Below are positions 13,332-24,586 of a DNA stretch of 64,000 nucleotides, in pieces. Both the position numbers and the translations under genes were made by a program. The notes under the pieces were generated by a model. It did no database searches and was not told where the DNA came from. It saw only the letters and a list, made by a program, of their open reading frames with translations. The first letter of the stretch is position 1. Every line of letters begins with the position of its first letter. The DNA is from Felis catus (taxonomy: Eukaryota): assembly GCF_018350175.1 (NCBI RefSeq), contig NC_058368.1, positions 171,122,001-171,186,000 of the forward strand, read 5' to 3'.

Positions 13332-13802
13332 GAGAGAGAGAATCCCAATTAGGCTCCAAGCTGTCAACACAGAGCCTGACGCAGGGCTCCAACTCAAGAA
13401 CTGTGAGATCATGACCTGAGGTGAAATCAAGAGTCGGCCACTTAATCGACTGAGCCACCCAGGTGCCCCTGCCCTTTCTAGCTCTTAGAAGTCTGTGTTC
13501 CTTGGGTCACGGCCTCTTCCTCTATCTTCAAAGTCTCAGCATAGTATCTTCAAGTTTTTCTTTCTCTCTCCCTCCTTCGATCTCACCTCTAGCTTTTGTC
13601 CTCACATCTCTTTTCTCAGATTCTTCTGCCTCCTTCTTTCATCTTCTGGGGACTCATGTGATTATTATGAGTCCACATGATAACCCAGAATCATCTCCCT
13701 ATCTTAAAATCCTTAAGTCCTACTTTTGCATGTAAAGTGACATATTCACAGGTTCTGGGAATTAGGATATGGACATCTTTGAGGGACATTTATTCTACCA
13801 CA
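13070..13802 (-). mobile_element. MaLR LTR (MLT1C/D-like) interrupted by a SINE
   Basis: aaattaccacaaactta..tatctcacagttctgga start; cacaggttctgggaattaggatatggacatctttgagggac end. Confidence 0.8.
13247..13469 (-). mobile_element. CAN-SINE
   Basis: Antisense SINE; TSD tttctagct. Confidence 0.92.
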
Positions 13803-14739
13803 AGTGCTGTATTGGTTGGCATCCCAAAGTCACTGAACCAAGAAGGAAGAGCCAAGACTCAGGTCTTCTGCTTCTTTACATAATTCTTATTTTTCACCAA
13901 ACTGTGAAACAGACATTACAAGGACAGTCATGACAAAGGGAAAATATTTTTAAAGAAACGTCTGCTTGAAGCTTTCACTGGTGTCACAGTCTGGCTCAGT
14001 AAATATTTAGTGAATGAATGAATAACTGCTAAGAGCTGACTCACTTGACTTAGTCAATCAAACAGTCAGGATATAATGGCCATTTATTAATCACCTAATA
14101 TTTGTATATAACCTGTAGGTAACACAAAGGGACTTGTGGCATTTTTCCTGCTCTCAAGAAGCTTAAAATCACATTGTGGAGACACTTTTACCTTGCACAA
14201 AACCATTAAACAACTACCAAGCCAGTAAATGAGAACTGAATTGTATTTAGGGTTGCTGTTCCTGCTATAAAAATGGGTAATAGAAGGCAAATGTGAAGAA
14301 TTCATAGTACCCATACTGCTAAGAGGAATAGTAGAGTCTTGGGAATGAAAATAAAACATGACTGTAGTGTACACAAATACAAACAAATAAAAGTAAACAA
14401 CTTACTAGTGGAAAATACACGTGGCCTGTGGGACAAATTAGAGAAGAAAATTGAGATTCAACAATTCATCCATTCAACAAATACTTATTTATTGAGTAAC
14501 TATTATGTGCCAGGAACTATGCAAGTGCTGGAGAAAAAATACTGAAAACTTACAGCTTGCATTTACACTGTGGCATTTCCTTTTCTTGCAATTGCCTTTT
14601 CTGCTTATGCCTTAAAATTGATGGAGGAATACTGGCCCCATCACTAGCCTATAAGAAATATGAACACTTTTAGGATCAGGCTTAGAGATACCAGAATTTA
14701 GAGAAGAAAAGACAATTTGAACAACAGACCAGACCTTAC

Positions 14740-15002
14740 AGGTATCATGTTCTGCATGGGCTGTCTTCCCTTGAATTTATGGAGTCCATCATTTAAATAT
14801 GCACTTTCTGATACTAAATATAAAGCTGATAATCTTGCTGGAGCTTGTAGAGTCTCTGGAGCTAAACTGGGAAGGCCAGCAGACAGGGTTGCTGGGTTGC
14901 AGGGTCTCACATGTCAAATGAGTTCAAAAGTGTGCCAGTTTTATCTTCAAATGAAATGAGTCCACTAAATGAGATAATTGAAATGTGAGAACTGGGAGCA
15001 GC
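14740..15002 (-). pseudogene. Inverted pseudo-exon, MTBD region
   Basis: tctttgag acceptor, gtaagg donor; DKTGTLLNSFDM and SLAPETLQA resemble FLxxLxxFDKDNIxxxTL. Confidence 0.5.
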
Positions 15003-15601
15003 CTCAAAGAATCAGAAAAGCCTTCCAACTGCAAAGGCCCTGATGAGGATGGTGTTTTTATCCTCTATAGAAAAACTGGTTTTCTTTGAAAACTGAGTGT
15101 ACCAGCATGAAGTAAGTTTTAGACAATTCAATAGAACACATTTATGGAAGAAGGAGAGTAGACTTTAAGTAAGAGGAAAACAAATGTGTAGAAAGTACAG
15201 AATGCAAAAACTGTTAGGAAAGACCACCAAGTCTACAAGAACCAAGAACTCATTCATATTTCAGCCCTCACACATTGTTATTATTTGGGACTTTATACTA
15301 AGCACAGATTACTGGGAATTAATTAGATAATTATACCATTTCCTACCTTAAATTTAGTGACCTAACCTGGATATTTTGACCTAAAAATTATCATTATAAT
15401 CGTTATTGGAAAAGGATACTATACTTCCTTTGGTAGAGCTGGAGTTTGAGTGACAGGTCAAATTTAATTTTAACAAACATGATTAAAGTAAACTCCTGCT
15501 TTTTTAAGACCATAGAGAAATGGGCAATTAAATTGTTTAAGCCATAGACTTTCTAGAAATGAAATAAAAAATCTTTGAAAATGGATTATATAATTCCATA
15601 C

Positions 15602-15860
15602 CTTGGTCAATATAGAGTTCTATAGCTATTTTAACATTTCCTGGGAGATTTGGCATTATCATTGTTAAATTCCATGTGGGATTGATGGGTGTTAAAGAAG
15701 ACTTTTTGCCCTGAGATGGTTGATTCTATTATACAATCCCTTTAACATCTTTCTTCGTTTCCTCCCTCTGTTGTAGTCTTGCTGTTTATACGGCCTACAT
15801 TTCTCATATGCTCCTAATCTACTCTTGTAATGTATATACAAATGTTTGCAACAAAGTCTG
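15602..15860 (-). pseudogene. Inverted pseudo-exon, MTBD region
   Basis: Ends ...NPTWNLTMIMPNLPGNVKIAIELYIDQ at AAG|gtatgg, cf. PSWxxxxKxM. 5' boundary uncertain. Confidence 0.5.
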
Positions 15861-15999
15861 AGATTGGTTCCATTTCCCCCATTAAGGAACAAAATACTTG
15901 GATTTAATACCAGTTATTTCTGACTTAAGGTTGTCCAAGACTATAGTCACATATCTCTGGTTATATAAACTCTGAACCAGGTAAAGGGTGATGTTATTT

Positions 16000-16495
16000 A
16001 CTTGGAAAATTATTTGTAAATAAAATGTTTCTAAGACTTAGCCAGAAGTCCACTTCTCTAGGGTAAAGGTAGATATGATGAAATTTAGAAGAATTTTGTC
16101 TTTTTCTTAGAACTTGTTGGTAATGGAATTTTATATTTAATGAAATATAATTTAAAAAGTAATAAGCATGCAGAAAAATTACTGGCATTTTCATTGTTTA
16201 AGGTATTTTATTAGAACTGAGGATCAGGGGCGCCTGGGTGGTGCAGTTGGTTGAGCGTCCGACTTCAGCCAGGTCACGATCTCGCACTCCGTGAGTTCGA
16301 GCCCTGCGTCAGGCTCTGGGCTGATGGCTCAGAGCCTGGAGCCTGTTTCCGATTCTGTGTCTCCCTCTTTCTATGCCCCTCCCCCGTTCATGCTCTGTCT
16401 CTCTCTGTCCCAAAAATAAATAAACGTTGAAAATAAAAAAAAAAAAAAAAAAAAAAAAGGATAGAACTGAGGATCAATGGTTTGGATAGTATTTG
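16000..16495 (-). pseudogene. Inverted pseudo-exon, start of MTBD, split by a SINE
   Basis: cttacag acceptor. With the SINE and one TSD removed it reads ANTIQTIDPQF..(frameshift)TMKMPVIFLHAYYFL, cf. ALxTIxPxDIxEL(K/R)SMxxPP..VMEAVCIL. Confidence 0.55.
16227..16461 (+). mobile_element. Felid CAN-SINE (SINEC_Fc-like)
   Basis: 15-bp TSD tagaactgaggatca at 16212-16226 and 16462-16476. Confidence 0.95.
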
Positions 16496-16644
16496 CTGTA
16501 AGCCAGTGATTGTTAATTAGGGGTCCATATTACAATCACCAACAAGGCAGGCTTCCTAGACATACCACCTCTGCAGACCCACAGGATCACCTGAACTTAA
16601 AAGGGCCCCACACTTGGTTTAATGTTCTGCTGATGCCGTCTTGA

Positions 16645-16832
16645 ATTTTTTTTTTAATTTATTCATTTTGAGAGAGAAAGAGAGAGAGAGAGAGAGACAG
16701 AGAATCCCAAGTAGGCTCTGCAATGTCAATGCAGAGCTTGCCACGGGGCTCGATCTCATCAACCATGAGATCATGACCTGAGCTGAAACCAAGAGTCGGA
16801 TGCTTAACTGACTGAACCACCCCAAGCGCCCC
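16645..16832 (-). mobile_element. CAN-SINE
   Basis: Antisense SINE flanked by tcttgaa. Confidence 0.9.
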
Positions 16833-17029
16833 ACCATCTTGAAATTCTTAATAATTTCATCTTACAACCTGTGTTTTGTAAATGAAGTCCTATGGAACAA
16901 CAGAGCATGTGCATGACATGTATATCTACAGTCATCCCTTGCTTCCCCTTTCACCTACAACGTTCATGGTGGCCCAAGAGCATAGAATTCTGGAGTTCAT
17001 GGGAGTTCAGAAGGCTCAAAGTAGATATT

Positions 17030-17708
17030 ACTGGGGAGATATATTTAGACAAAATCTCCTTCCAACCCAGGCAACCTTTCCACTAAGGTAGATGAGGAAA
17101 AAAACATTTTCATTATTGAATAAGCATTCAACCATAATGTGATCTGTATCACAGGCAATCTACTGAAGAGATTGTGAAGACAGAAATTTCGCTCTTTTAT
17201 AGAGCCAAGCAGAGATAACTCATTATCACACGTGTTCTCAAGATTAACGATAACTAGTCCTCAAGTAAGAGGACTTCACAGTACCATTTGTCACACATGG
17301 CTCATCCTAAATGCACCTGGAAATTGGGGTGACCATTTTGCTAGCTAAATGGCTTTATCCAAAGGAAAAATAAACTTCTCATATCCTTACCAAAGGAGGT
17401 AGTTTTTGATTGATTCCGGGTTCCTACCCTCCCATAGAAACTGGGATATACGGGCATTACCTTCCCTGATGACTACATTGCAATTGACGGTTCTCAGGTC
17501 TGTGAGAAAGACATTCCTGGGGTCCTTAAGCTAGCAAAAGAATTACTTAGTTTTTAAAGATTTACATACATTTGAGACAGAAAGAACTCTCAATTATAAT
17601 ATTTCTAAAGTAACTGCTCTAAGAAAAGAGGGGAGAGGAGACTCTCTTTCCATATTTTCAACAGGGAAATTCAAGCCTCCTATTTTTACATGTGCATTTG
17701 CCTTCACA
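17030..17708 (-). mobile_element. ERV1-type solo LTR (MER89/MER90/MER110-like)
   Basis: Minus strand begins tgtgaaggcaaatg..ccctgttgaaaatatggaaagag and contains ccaggaatgtctttctca and gggagggtaggaacc. Confidence 0.7.
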
Positions 17709-18962
17709 CTATGAGGTGAGGGTGCTAGGGTGATGAAAGCCCCCAGAGACTACTTTTGTGTTCATCCCCACACTTGCTTTTAATGCAGAAAGAAGGCCAT
17801 GGTGACCAAGGAATCATACCATTTCCTCTCTTACTTGTGTTACTTCCCTGAACTCACCAAACACTTACTCAAAATAATGACAGAAAAGGAAAAAGAGAAG
17901 GCTTCTCCTAAGTGCTTTTCCTTCTGACTTTTCTTTACTCTTGACTAAGTGGAAGGTAGAGTTGGTAGAATGTGGGCATACCAGAACTGAAATAAAAACA
18001 GTTCAGTTAGCCTGTGAGTTTTCCACTGTTCTGATAAGAAAAGAACATAAGCATGCATGAGCTACGAGTATGAATTGCATAATTTCAGTGGTATCACATA
18101 GCACTTAAATCATCTTATATATGCACTTAAAACCAGCACTGTACAATATAAAGATGAACAATAAAATTCATCCTAAAAACTCAAAATTTTACTCTGTTAA
18201 AAATAACAACACTAAATGGCAAGTACAAAATATCATGACAAGTTGAATGGGATATAATGGAAGGAGAGGGAAAAGGCTTTTTTCCCCACTGCTTTATGAG
18301 CAAGGGGCCCTGCATTTCTCTTTTGCATGGGATCCCGCCAATCATGCAGCTAGCTCTGATCACTGGTGGAGCTTGAAAAAATAAAGTTCTCTGATTATGT
18401 ATTCAGACCTATGGAATCAAAATCTCCAGGCAGAGGGCCCAGACATTTGTGTTTTTTTAATTTAAATGTAAAATAGAGGATTCTGGTGAGTATCTCTGAT
18501 TAAGAACCACTACTATAGGCTTTAAGGAGAAGACGGTGCTGCCTGGAGTAGTCAGAAAAGGCTTAATGAAGAATAATTTGAAAAGAACCTTGAAGGAAAA
18601 ATAAGATTTAGTTGAGTGTAAGTTTAAGTAGGATGCTATTAAGGCTAAGAACACAATGAACAAAAAACATTAAAGATGTGTCAAATAGAGTGTTAGAAAG
18701 GACAGGGAGAAAATTTGTCTTGGGCAAAAGAAATAGGTGAATGATCAAGCATGTGACCCCCAAGATTGTTAAAGCCTTTTTGTTGACAATATTGAAGCGC
18801 ATGGTATGTCCCTAAGGAATGGACTTGGTGCCTTATGCAGGAAAGAGTATTGAAATGAGAAATGAGAAGCAGGAAAGAGAGTGAGCATGGCATTGCAGAG
18901 CTCTCTACAAGAGAGATGACAGGGTCTACAACAGCACAGTACTTTCTAAAATACAGTTTAGC

Positions 18963-19014
18963 AAATGTACAAAATAACAAATGTACAAAATAACAATGTA
19001 CAAAATAACAATGT
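18963..19014 (+). repeat. 15-16 bp tandem repeat, 3 copies (aatgtacaaaataac)
   Basis: Direct observation. Confidence 0.9.
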
Positions 19015-19546
19015 CAACTCAAATGCACCCCACTTCCTGGAAATTATCCAGAGCAAACTGGCATGTCCTTCAGCACAAGTAAAAGGACCAAGATTATTAA
19101 AAAATATATCATATATTTTTTTAAGTTAGAATTTTACATCCAAACTTACTTAATGTGTATGGAAACATAATTTCATCATTCTGTTTTCTGAAAATGCAAA
19201 ACATCCTGCAGAATATTTAGTGGATTGCAAGGGACTTTAGGCTCCATAGGTGGCCCTTCCAGCAGACTGTGACAATGACCTTAAGAATGAAGTTGAAATA
19301 ACAGAAGCAAGAAATAAGAAGGGGAAAAAAAAATCACAGAATTTGTTGACTGATTGTAAATGACTAAGGAACACTGGAGTCAAAACTGGGGAACATGGTG
19401 TTGCCAAAGACACAAACTGGGATCTCAAATTGGTTCTGCTTTTGGATAAGGTGAGTTCAATATAGCTGTGGAGCAAGTTAACAGATATGAACAAGTGCCA
19501 CTGACACCAACCACAGAGTCACGTTGAGAGGTAAAAATATTACTTG

Positions 19547-19681
19547 GGTAAAGTCTAATGATAGGGATTTTATTTTATCTGGATGGGAAATGGTAAAGTC
19601 TAATGATAGGGATTTTATTTTATCTGGATGGGAAATGGTAAAGTCTAATGATAGGGATTTTATTTTATCTGGATGGGAAAT
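19547..19681 (+). repeat. Perfect 45-bp tandem repeat, 3 copies
   Basis: Unit ggtaaagtctaatgatagggattttattttatctggatgggaaat at 19547, 19592 and 19637. Confidence 0.97.
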
Positions 19682-20590
19682 GAAGTTGTGATAGTGGATG
19701 AACCCTCCCGAGGAGAAGCTTTAGATGGAGCACATCTTGATAAAAACTGACAGAGGTGATTATCAAAGGTAGAGAAAACTAATTCAGAGAGGTTTCAAAA
19801 AAGTCTAGATTGATGTAGTCACAGGAACCAATGGAATATTTTGTCTAAAATGCACATCATACTAAACAGTAAATTGCTGTCTCTAAATTCTGTAAACATC
19901 TTTGCAATGATCTCCTTTCCTGATCCTCTTTATCTGCTTCCTTTTAATTACATGCTCGTTTTGATAATATTCTAATGTTTGGGGTTCTCCCTTTGTAAGC
20001 AATATTAAGTTTATCTTCTGTTGCTCAAAGCATTTATGTTGATGCAAGTACAAAGACAAGGTTGCATTTTAAATGCCTATTAATATTTATTATTGTCACA
20101 AAGAAAGAATATTCAGCATTATTAATAGACCTATCATCTAAAAATCCCCTGATGTATTGTCAGTTATATTTCCTGATAGAATTTTTCAATGTCATTTTAT
20201 GTTGTGTCCCTCACAGAGACTAGTGTTAAAATTTGGAAGGGGGAAGATACAAAATCATGCATAGACACAAAAGATAAAATATATAGGAATAAACTTAAGA
20301 TATGTGCAAGGCTTCCTCAGTAACACAAAAATATATTTGAATAAGTAGAAAGATATTTCTTTTTCTTGAATAAGATGAATAAATATCATAAAGATATGAG
20401 TTCTCCATGGATTAATTTATAATGTAATGTAACCCCAATAAAACTAGGAAACTCCCCCCATCCTTGAACTAACAAACTCATTCCAAACTTGCTTTCTGGA
20501 GTAGCCAGGACAGGCTTAATGAAGGATTTGAGATGAGATAAGAGAAAAGTAAGAGAAATGAAGGAAGGACTAGTCCATTAGAAATGTTAA

Positions 20591-20807
20591 GGGGCGCCTG
20601 GGTGGCACAGTCGGTTAAGCGTCCGACTTCAGCCAGGTCACGATCTCCCGGTCCGTGAGTTTGAGCCCCGCGTCGGGCTCTGGGCTGATGGCTCAGAGCC
20701 TGGAGCCTGCTTCCGATTCTGTGTCTCCCTCTCTCTCTGCCCCTCCCCCGTTTATGCTCTGTCTCTCTCTGTCCCAAAAAGTTGAAAAAAAAAAAAAAAA
20801 AAAGAAA
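20591..20807 (+). mobile_element. Felid CAN-SINE (SINEC_Fc-like)
   Basis: TSD agaaatgttaa; near-consensus body. Confidence 0.95.
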
Positions 20808-22291
20808 AGAAATGTTAACAGACATCTCCAGAATTAAAGCAGCGTGGTACTACCCATGAATGCTTAGTTAGAACCACAGATCAGAAAAAAAAAAAAAAAT
20901 CCAGAAAGAGATGGCATATGGAAATGTAGTATATGGTGAAGGTGGCATCTTAAAACGTTGGGAACAGAGAGACTTTTTAACAAATGATTTGGAATAACTG
21001 GATAACAAGCTGGAAAAAGACACTATACCTCACCTACACAAGAATAAACTGATAATTAAATGTCAAAATAAAATGAAATGAAACCATAAAAGGACTAGAA
21101 GAAAACACAGGTAAATCTTTTATGACCTAAGTGGAGGGAAAACTGTCTATTACTTAAAATCCAGATATAATAAAAGAAACAAGTGACACTTTTGGACTAC
21201 ACTAAACAACAATACAATCCTTTTCCATGGCAGAAAAACACCATAAGCAAAATCAAGGATAAATACAAATTGCTAAGCAACATTTGCATCAGGTAGTACA
21301 GGTAAAAAGTTACTTTCCCTAATATGGCACCGAATTCTAAAAGGTAGAGGAGAAAAAGAGCAAAGATAGATAGGTGATAGATAGGTGATAGATAGGTGAT
21401 AGATAGATAGATAGATAATTTCTACAAATTTGTGTATATATATATGCTTATACATGTTTATACATGTCTATGCTTATACATGCTTATACATATATATATG
21501 CTTATACATGTTTATTATTTATACATGTTTATATATATTAGAAAATAGGGCACACAAAATGAGCAGACATGAAAGTCATATAGAAAGAGCTCATGAACAT
21601 AAGAAAAATGTTCAACTTCACTTGTAATAAGACAAATGCAGTTTAAACGGAGAAACCATTTTTCACCTATCAAGTTGGCAAAACTTTAGAAGCTTAACAA
21701 TACAGATGCAGTGGCCCTCCCACTCATCACTGGTGGGAATGCAAAATTGTACAACTGCTCTGGAGGGAAAAAAGCTCTATAGAAATTTATTCTTCAAACT
21801 AGCAATCCCACATCTAGAATTTCCCCCTAAATTTATACCTACAACAATACAGAAAAAAAATATGCATGAGGTTATTCATCCCATGTTTGTAATAGCTAGA
21901 TACTGAAAACAAACTAAATGCCCATACACTGGAGACAGCTGGATAAACTACGATACAGCCACATGATGAAGTATTATGTAGTGTTTAAAAATAGTGAGGA
22001 AGATCTATATTAACTTGTATGAAGTAATTTTTAGAACATATGGTTAACTGACTAAAGTAAGGTGCAAAATAGAATATGTGATATATATGAGAGAAAGAAT
22101 ATGTGTGTGTGTATGTGTGGGAAGAATAATCAATCTAATGTAATCTGTTAAGTCTAAAAAGAAATCTATTATATATAGGGAATCTGTAAGGAACAGACTG
22201 GAAGCTATAGCAAGTGGGATAGGATTTCACTAATCATCTCATTTTATATAATTTTAATTTTTGGACCATGTTAATATTTTATATATTAATT

Positions 22292-22500
22292 TTGTAACGT
22301 TTATTCATTTTCCAGAGACAGAGAGAAACAGAGTGCAAGCGGGGGAGGAGCAGAGAGAAACGGAGACACAGAATCTGAAGCAGGCTCCAGGCTCTGAGCT
22401 GTCAGCACAGAGCCCGATGCAGGGCTTGAACCCACAGACCGCGAGATCATGACCCGAGCTGAAGTCGGCCACTTAACCGAATGAGCCACCCAGGCATCCC
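22292..22500 (-). mobile_element. CAN-SINE
   Basis: Antisense SINE flanked by aatatt(t)ttatatattaa. Confidence 0.92.
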
Positions 22501-23477
22501 AATATTTTATATATTAAATAATAAGGTTAAATAAATTATGGGGATTCAAAATTTAATGCAAACAGAATCAAATGAACCTAACTATGTATCAAATAGATAA
22601 CATAACCACACAGAAGGAAATAAAAAAGAATCAAGTAACTTCTGAAGTATGGGCTCCCTGACTGATAGATGTACTGGTGAGGCCACAGCATCATTCATGT
22701 AGTATTCCTGAGAAGAACTATGTGCCCTGAAAGCAATCACGAAGAAACAATCTGACAAATCAAAATTGAAGAACAATCGCAAAACAACTGGTATGGGATC
22801 TTCAAAAAGTGTAAAAGGCAGGAGAGTTGTTCTAGATAAAAAGGAGACTGAAGTGACATGACAATGAAATCTAATACATGCTCTTAAGTGGATGCCAGAT
22901 TAAAAAAAAAAAAACAAGTATAAAGTTCCTTATTGGGACAGTTGATGAAATCAAAATTAGAACTGTGTATTAGATAGTGGTATTGTATAAATACCAAATA
23001 TCTTGGTATTTGTTTTTATAGGATTTGTCCTTTTTTTTTTTTTAACAGATACACATTCATCTATTTGGGATGAACTGTTACAAGGCCTATAATGAGTTCT
23101 CAAATGCTTTAGCAAATAAACAAATTAATGATCGAATGGAAAATGCATGTTTGTTACAGAGGTAGAGAAGAGAAGGAGAGACTGAGCAAATGTGACAAAT
23201 GCTAACAATTGGTGATTCTAGGAGAAGGTGTATGAGCATTACTGTATTATGCTTTTTTCATTCTGTAGGTTTGAAACTTTCCAAAATAAATAGCTGGGAG
23301 TAGGGGAAGAAGAACATGCATAGGCCTATTCATTAGGGACAGGAATAGCTATGTAAATCTACTCCTATCCCACCCCTTGGGTCAAAGAATACACATATCC
23401 AACTATCACTATGGATGGGTACTGCTACTTCTGTTGACATAGCCTTGAAGACATAGTTACATTCTGTGTTGTCCCAG

Positions 23478-23633
23478 AGTATTTCCATACAGGGAGAGAG
23501 AGGGAGATTCATGTGCTAAGCTTCGTCAAGAAGGATGATCAGCCTACTGCAGAGAAGGCATAGACCTCCAGTGCTCTTCATTGAGGGATAACAGATTCAC
23601 AATCATAATGTCCATATTCTGCTATAGCAAAGC
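23478..23633 (+). pseudogene. Dynein pseudo-exon, entry to AAA5
   Basis: gtcccag acceptor, gtgagg donor; LRDNRFTI(fs)HNVHILL*QS, cf. GLPSDRMSTENAxIL. Confidence 0.6.
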
Positions 23634-23889
23634 GTGAGGAGTGAGAAAGGAAAAAATACTTTCTCACCAAGTGTTATTGGTGGGGGGTGGAGGTGTAAAT
23701 TACCCAGCATATTTGTTATAACCACCAGCCTTGGAGATCAATTTAGCCTTGAACTCTTGGTCCAACATGGGAAGGACACTGAGTATCTAATTCAGGCCTT
23801 CTAGCCCTGACTATTTGGATTCTGGTGCCAATCCAAAAGTTTGTCCTTTTTATTTTATGTTTTTTAATTTTTTTAAAAAAATTTTCAAG

Positions 23890-23912
23890 GGAGTAACCAG
23901 TTCTTCTCTATT
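23890..23912 (+). pseudogene. Dynein micro pseudo-exon (WPLLID motif)
   Basis: ttttcaag acceptor, perfect gtaagt donor; E*PVLLY, cf. RWPLLID; in phase with the next exon. Confidence 0.5.
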
Positions 23913-24524
23913 GTAAGTTTGAATAGGTCCTTTGGATCCTGCCCCTAGAAATGGACCAAACTGTGGATTGTGTCACAGACCTGACATAAACTTAAATGCA
24001 TGAGGAGGTTGGTGTGTTTTAGTAACATGTGTCTGGTGTGGGAACAAGACCCCCAGAGATCATGCTTCCTGAAACAGAGACCTGCCTGCCTTGGTCCTTC
24101 CTAGACCTCCAGGGAGAGCCAGATTTGATGTGGCTTTTGGCTAGAGGAGAGGGAACAGACTGTGCTGGGGAACTGGCTACTTGGAAAGTCTATTTTAAAA
24201 AAAAATGTGGGCTGGCAAATTTTGATGTCTTTACAAGGCTGCATGTAAGACAATTAAACCTAATTTATCTTAAAAAATAACTTCACGTATCTGACTACAG
24301 ATGTCAGCTAAAATAAAATAAAATAAAGACATAAAATCCTAAACAAAATCTCATACCTCTTCGTTGTTGACTCAATGTTAACAACTGGAAAGTCAGAGAT
24401 GCTTTATTTCAGGCCCAATTTTAGTACAGACTCTCTTATAAGATGGGGAAAAAATCACTAACTTTATTACATCCCATCAGGTTATTCAATCATTGGAGAA
24501 TAACAATCCTAACCTTTCTTTCAG

Positions 24525-24586
24525 ATGACTCTTAGGAATGACTAATAAACATGAAGGAATCTTGCCTGGAAGTTACCAAATATTAT
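24525..24586 (+). pseudogene. Dynein pseudo-exon, AAA5
   Basis: ctttctttcag acceptor, gtaaat donor; DS*E*LINMKESCLEVTKYY, cf. QATEWLKTHLKDSRLEVI. Confidence 0.7.

Larger units (their letters stand above)
16546..18358 (+). mobile_element. MER45-like hAT-Tip100 element with nested SINE and LTR
   Basis: agggccccacacttggtttaatgttctgctg near the 5' end; caaggggccctgcattt..gcagctagctctg terminus. Confidence 0.75.
20240..23295 (+). mobile_element. Old L1 (L1MC4-like) 3' portion
   Basis: Sense ORF2 remnants and 3' end ctaacaattggtgattctagg..gtttgaaactttccaaaataaa; contains SINEs and (GATA)n / AT-rich tandem repeats at about 21364-21540. Confidence 0.8.

Noticed and set aside
15602..15892. bHLH-like reading (RKRRKMLKGLYNRINHLRAKSLL) suggesting a nested transcription factor gene
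   Set aside because: Spacing does not fit a bHLH, and the flanking minus-strand exons match the dynein stalk in order.
19547..19681. CRISPR-like array
   Set aside because: No spacers (pure tandem copies) and the DNA is mammalian.
19950..20165. Plus-strand dynein exons for the SYLGPF segment
   Set aside because: Match too weak and one implied intron is only about 36 nt; not used to narrow the inversion breakpoint.
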